From IMG/VR virus record IMGVR_UViG_3300045988_144911: a stretch of 53,928 nt of DNA. One strand, given 5' to 3'. The notes beneath the pieces are model-generated. The model made no database searches. It worked only from the letters and a program-made list of their open reading frames with translations, and was not told the origin of the DNA. How positions within the stretch are numbered: the first letter of the stretch is position 1; the number at the start of each line of letters is the position of its first letter. The stretch is from a virus. Made by a program: the position numbers and the translations under genes. Shown one piece after another: positions 50,668-53,928 of the stretch.

Positions 50668-51930
50668 TCACACCGGATCGATGTCGGCAAGCCAGCGCGT
50701 CGTGTAATCTCCGGTCAGAAGACCCTTTGCGTATTTCGTCGCGGATATACCGAGCGCTTCCGCCTCTTTGCGCAGCTTATTCTGAATGTCCGTCGGCAGA
50801 TCGGAAATCTCTCCGTTCTCTCCGACCTTTTCTTTGAACATCATGAGCGGGTAAAACGAACCGTATTTGCTCTTCGTGTCGGAAGATTCCGTCTCTCCGC
50901 TGTAGTACGTGTTCCCGCCTGCACCGCTTATGATATCCGTATACCTCTTGACAATGTCCTCAATATCCGGATAGCTTTGACCGTACTGGTTCACGATCAT
51001 GGCTCCCGCGCTGAGCAGTCCCTGTTCTCCGCCTTTGTCATACGCGGTCTGCAATGCATTGCCTATGTTGCCGCTGACCTCGGGAGTAATCGTCGCCGTC
51101 CCCGTGTTGTACTTCTCGGCAAGAAGCGACGGCAGAACTTTCTGAACCATGTTGTTGTACGCCACCGTTGCTGTCGTGTCGTCGGAATACCGGTTCTTTG
51201 CCGCATCCATCGCCGACTGCGCATTCGATGTGGATATCCCGAGCAGCTGCTGAGTGTTGACTCCCATCTTCTCAAGCGCGCCGAGCATATTCGAAAAACG
51301 CTGATTGCTTGCGTCGTTCACCGCTCTCACTCCGGAATTGAGGTATGACAGCTTCTGCCGCCTTGCGTTTGCTTCCGCGTAGGAATCGATGTTTCCGCCG
51401 TTCGAGGAAGCGGCATCGGCATATTCCGCATTCGCCGCATTGTCTCCGCCAAGCCCGTATTGCGACATGATTGCCTTGCCCCAGTCGGTCTCAAGCGGAT
51501 TCTGATTCTTGTACGATTCCACAAGGTCGGTGTAATACTTTTCATGCGCGTCAGCCTTGTTCAGCCCGTACCTGTTGTTCGCAAGAAGCTGATTGCTTAT
51601 CTTTGTCCAGTAGCCGTCATCATAGTTCCCGGCACTGCTTATCGCCTTGATGTAGTCATCATACGGCGACTTGACAACAGTCGTTGCGGTCGTATCGCCC
51701 GGTAACGAATCGTTTCCCGCTCCGCCGCCTGTCCCGGAAGTGTCGGCGGGAATTCTCCCCATCTGAGAGTCTTTCTCCCTCTGCTTGTTCATCTGATCCT
51801 GACGCCACTGATTGACATCGTTGACGTTTCCCGTGTTTCCGAACTTTCCGGAACTTGCTCCGTGAGCAGTATTGTTCTTTTTCTCTCCGCTCATGTCGGA
51901 CATATGCTTTATATAGCTTTTTATCGCCAT
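50668..51930 (-). CDS. 420-aa G/N/S/A-rich protein of unknown function (candidate virion-internal protein)
   Basis: Abuts the endolysin stop with no gap; no TM segment and no recognised motif. Confidence 0.6.
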   Translation of the reverse strand: MAIKSYIKHMSDMSGEKKNNTAHGASSGKFGNTGNVNDVNQWRQDQMNKQREKDSQMGRIPADTSGTGGGAGNDSLPGDTTATTVVKSPYDDYIKAISSAGNYDDGYWTKISNQLLANNRYGLNKADAHEKYYTDLVESYKNQNPLETDWGKAIMSQYGLGGDNAANAEYADAASSNGGNIDSYAEANARRQKLSYLNSGVRAVNDASNQRFSNMLGALEKMGVNTQQLLGISTSNAQSAMDAAKNRYSDDTTATVAYNNMVQKVLPSLLAEKYNTGTATITPEVSGNIGNALQTAYDKGGEQGLLSAGAMIVNQYGQSYPDIEDIVKRYTDIISGAGGNTYYSGETESSDTKSKYGSFYPLMMFKEKVGENGEISDLPTDIQNKLRKEAEALGISATKYAKGLLTGDYTTRWLADIDPV

Positions 51931-52740
51931 TCACTTTACCTCGCTCCCGTTGCACCACCCGTTAGCGGTACACCCGCCGAAGCCCTTCAGCAGATACGGA
52001 TGCCGCGATTTTCCGGGTCGGTATATCCTCATGACCTTTGCTTTTCCCGGCTTGCACCCGAAGCCGATAAGCGCGTTTGCGTTCCGGTAATGCTTTTTTC
52101 CGGTAAAGATTACGGTGTCGCCGACGGATATCACCTTTGAGGGATGAAGAAGCCCGTCCACGTCGCGCCGGAAGTCGTCCATCGTCAGCCCGAACTTCTT
52201 CAGCCAATGGTCGCAGTCGGCGTGATTGTTTGCATAGCCCTTTTTGTACGCCTCTCTGTGCGATACGATGACCGAGGCTTCCCATCCCCATCTGCGGCAG
52301 ATGTCGGCACACAGAGAAACGGCAGCGTTGTAGCAAGCCTTGAAGTACGTCTCGTCCTTCAGCCCGTCCTCGCATATCTCAAACTGTATGTGCGGATACG
52401 GAGGATAGTTGTAAGAGCCTTTCTTGCCGTTACCCACGCCCCACGCGCATATCTCCTCCGGAAGCAGATGAAGTATGCCGACCGTGCCGTCAGCAAGCCG
52501 TCCGATCATATAGTGAACCGCCTTGTTCACGTTCGGTCTGTTCCAGTGATTGCCGTACCTGTTCCTCCCGATCTTTGCGATTATCTCCGCGCGGTCGGGA
52601 TCGTCGTCAGACGGCTGACAGTACCTCGCCACCGAGGTCTGGTTAACTCCGGTTGAGTGTACCACGATCCCGACCGGCTCACACTCCTGATATACCGCAT
52701 AGCACCTTGACTGTGTGTGGAGGCATTCGGTTATATTCAT
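51931..52740 (-). CDS. endolysin, N-acetylmuramoyl-L-alanine amidase (Amidase_2/PGRP type) with C-terminal binding domain
   Basis: GIVVHSTG ... AVHYMIG ... AWGVGNG ... HIQFEICE ... VSHREAY...HADCDHW parallels the PlyG-type amidase layout. Confidence 0.8.
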   Translation of the reverse strand: MNITECLHTQSRCYAVYQECEPVGIVVHSTGVNQTSVARYCQPSDDDPDRAEIIAKIGRNRYGNHWNRPNVNKAVHYMIGRLADGTVGILHLLPEEICAWGVGNGKKGSYNYPPYPHIQFEICEDGLKDETYFKACYNAAVSLCADICRRWGWEASVIVSHREAYKKGYANNHADCDHWLKKFGLTMDDFRRDVDGLLHPSKVISVGDTVIFTGKKHYRNANALIGFGCKPGKAKVMRIYRPGKSRHPYLLKGFGGCTANGWCNGSEVK

Positions 52741-53033
52741 TATCTGCCCTCCTCACCGTCGTCGGCACCGGTCTTGTCCCCGGAAAGCTGCTTGTATATC
52801 TGATGCGCTCCCGTCGCCGCAAGCCCGGATACTATGCCCACAGCGACCGCCGTGATGACGTCCCCGGCAGGGAAGTCCGGCATTATGTACATTCCCAGTA
52901 CGCCAAGCCCTCCTCCGAGTATGCCGCATATCACCGGAAGCCACTTGTTGTCAAGCGGTGTCGCCTTGATAAGCTGCGCGGCAAGATAGCAAATGACCGT
53001 TATCGCCGCAATTCCCGTTATTCCGAAATCCAT
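52740..53033 (-). CDS. holin (phage_holin_4_1 / LL-H-like)
   Basis: 97 aa, three hydrophobic segments, charged C-terminus, GIVSGLAATGAHQIYKQL motif; sits immediately upstream of the endolysin. Confidence 0.8.
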   Translation of the reverse strand: MDFGITGIAAITVICYLAAQLIKATPLDNKWLPVICGILGGGLGVLGMYIMPDFPAGDVITAVAVGIVSGLAATGAHQIYKQLSGDKTGADDGEEGR

Positions 53034-53048
53034 ATGTTTGTCTCCTTT

Positions 53049-53303
53049 TCAGTATTTTCTGTTTTCGATTTTCCTGTAAGCGTCAAGATAAATTTCATCT
53101 TTCTGCTTGTTGTATGTGACCTCATAGTACATACCGTCTCGCAGTGTTGTAGCGAAGAGAGCCTTGATGTTGCCGAGGATACGGCAGTCCCACACCATAA
53201 AGACATTGTCTGTTCCGATCACGGCATTCTTTTCAACAAGATTTTCGTTTGTGTAATCTCGCACAAGTGTCTTTGCTTTCCCGACAAACTCTGCATTAGT
53301 CAT
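53049..53303 (-). CDS. conserved hypothetical phage protein (84 aa)
   Basis: The MYYEVTYNKQKDEIYLDAYRKIEN motif recalls a small family seen near lysis cassettes. Confidence 0.55.
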   Translation of the reverse strand: MTNAEFVGKAKTLVRDYTNENLVEKNAVIGTDNVFMVWDCRILGNIKALFATTLRDGMYYEVTYNKQKDEIYLDAYRKIENRKY

Positions 53304-53316
53304 ATTTTTTCTCCTT

Positions 53317-53538
53317 TCAGTAAAGCACCGTCTGACAGGTTATTTTTGTGCTGTCCCAGAACGGCGTATTGTCCTTGTCAGGCGCGTTCGTCAGACCCCT
53401 GTATGTGATGCCGGAAGACTCTTTGCCGTTCTTATACCCGTCCTCATACCCCTGAGAGTACGCCTCCTCGACATACTTCTTCAGCTCCTCCGCCGAAAAC
53501 GCATTTTCTTTGCCGCCGATTATTACGATAGGCTTCAT
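53317..53538 (-). CDS. hypothetical protein (73 aa)
   Basis: RBS AGGAGAAAAAAC; operon context. Confidence 0.5.
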   Translation of the reverse strand: MKPIVIIGGKENAFSAEELKKYVEEAYSQGYEDGYKNGKESSGITYRGLTNAPDKDNTPFWDSTKITCQTVLY

Positions 53539-53551
53539 GTTTTTTCTCCTT

Positions 53552-53928
53552 TCAGGTTAAAAAATCGTTTGTTTCAAGAAGTATCTTGTATACCCGGCGC
53601 AGGTTCTCTATCGCAAGCACCGCCCGGTTGTTCTTGTAGTCGGGATGAGCCTTGCAATACCTCTCATACTCGTCTATCTCGACAAGCACATCGTCAAATT
53701 CTTCCTTGGTATGCCGGAGTTTGCGCAAGACCTCCCCGTTGAAGCGGAGTATCTGCCTCCGATGCTCGTCCGCCGCTCTCATGTCGTCGGCAAGTATATG
53801 CCCTTCAAGCCGCTCCTGCGTCTCAAGAAGCGACGTTTTTATGTCTTTAAGGTCTTTAATCACGTCTGTATTGAACGCCCTCCCTATGGCTTTTATTATC
53901 GCCGTCCAAGGGTTGACCCTGATAGGCG
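53552..53928 (-). CDS. C-terminal part of the wrap-around membrane protein (the true start is at 189 in the repeated copy)
   Basis: The frame stays open to the window end. The ORF-track start at 53863 is an internal GTG (Val). Conserved RILRFNGEVLRKLRHTKEEFDDVLVEIDEYERYC segment. Confidence 0.7.
   Translation of the reverse strand, partial: PIRVNPWTAIIKAIGRAFNTDVIKDLKDIKTSLLETQERLEGHILADDMRAADEHRRQILRFNGEVLRKLRHTKEEFDDVLVEIDEYERYCKAHPDYKNNRAVLAIENLRRVYKILLETNDFLT
53810..53928. repeat. 119-bp direct terminal repeat, identical to 1..119
   Basis: Exact identity with the start of the window. Confidence 0.95.

Overview
The window is a complete temperate phage genome. Bases 1-119 are identical to 53810-53928, so the unique circle is 53,809 bp and one gene runs through the junction. 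The protein families (XkdX-like, LL-H-type holin, Amidase_2 endolysin, Gp157, DUF4373 replisome organiser, G39P-like loader) point to a Firmicutes/Clostridia-type host; this is inference only.

Layout:
- Minus-strand late operon, 14006 down to 1, wrapping to 53928 and ending at 38937: terS, terL, two small proteins, portal, scaffold, HK97-like capsid, two connector-like proteins, a 467-aa beta-rich protein, four fibre/spike-like proteins (two with collagen repeats), XkdX-like protein, membrane protein, holin, amidase endolysin, a 420-aa protein, a 3,810-aa giant multi-domain protein and a small LuxR-type regulator. I see no tape-measure, tube or sheath gene, so the tail looks short.
- Plus-strand accessory cassette at 14102-16883, bracketed by terminators and next to attP.
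- attP at about 16888-17129: a tRNA 3' fragment flanked by four TGACAGATT repeats.
- Lysogeny module at 17117-21458: tyrosine integrase, a membrane-anchored XRE regulator, small divergent genes, an AT-rich membrane-protein pair and a CI-like repressor.
- Face-to-face consensus promoters at 21498-21669.
- Plus-strand early/middle operon at 21708-38895: Gp157, Rad52-like annealase, NinB-like protein, SSB, replisome organiser with internal iterons, helicase loader, primase-helicase, MT-A70 methylase, DUF1064, C5 methylase, MazG-like protein, sigma factor and RinA-like regulator.

Most interesting observations:
- The giant polyvalent protein, with two HExxH modules and a PARP-like H-Y-E ADP-ribosyltransferase signature.
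- The uncharacterised Cys-rich/ferritin-like cargo cassette.
- A 689-bp non-coding GC-rich region holding a duplicated element whose hairpin shows compensatory changes.
- A circularly permuted C5 methyltransferase.
- A convergent-promoter genetic switch.
- Two coding anomalies: an in-frame TAG, and a regulator gene with no canonical start.

All calls come from reading the sequence and remembered family signatures. No database search was run.
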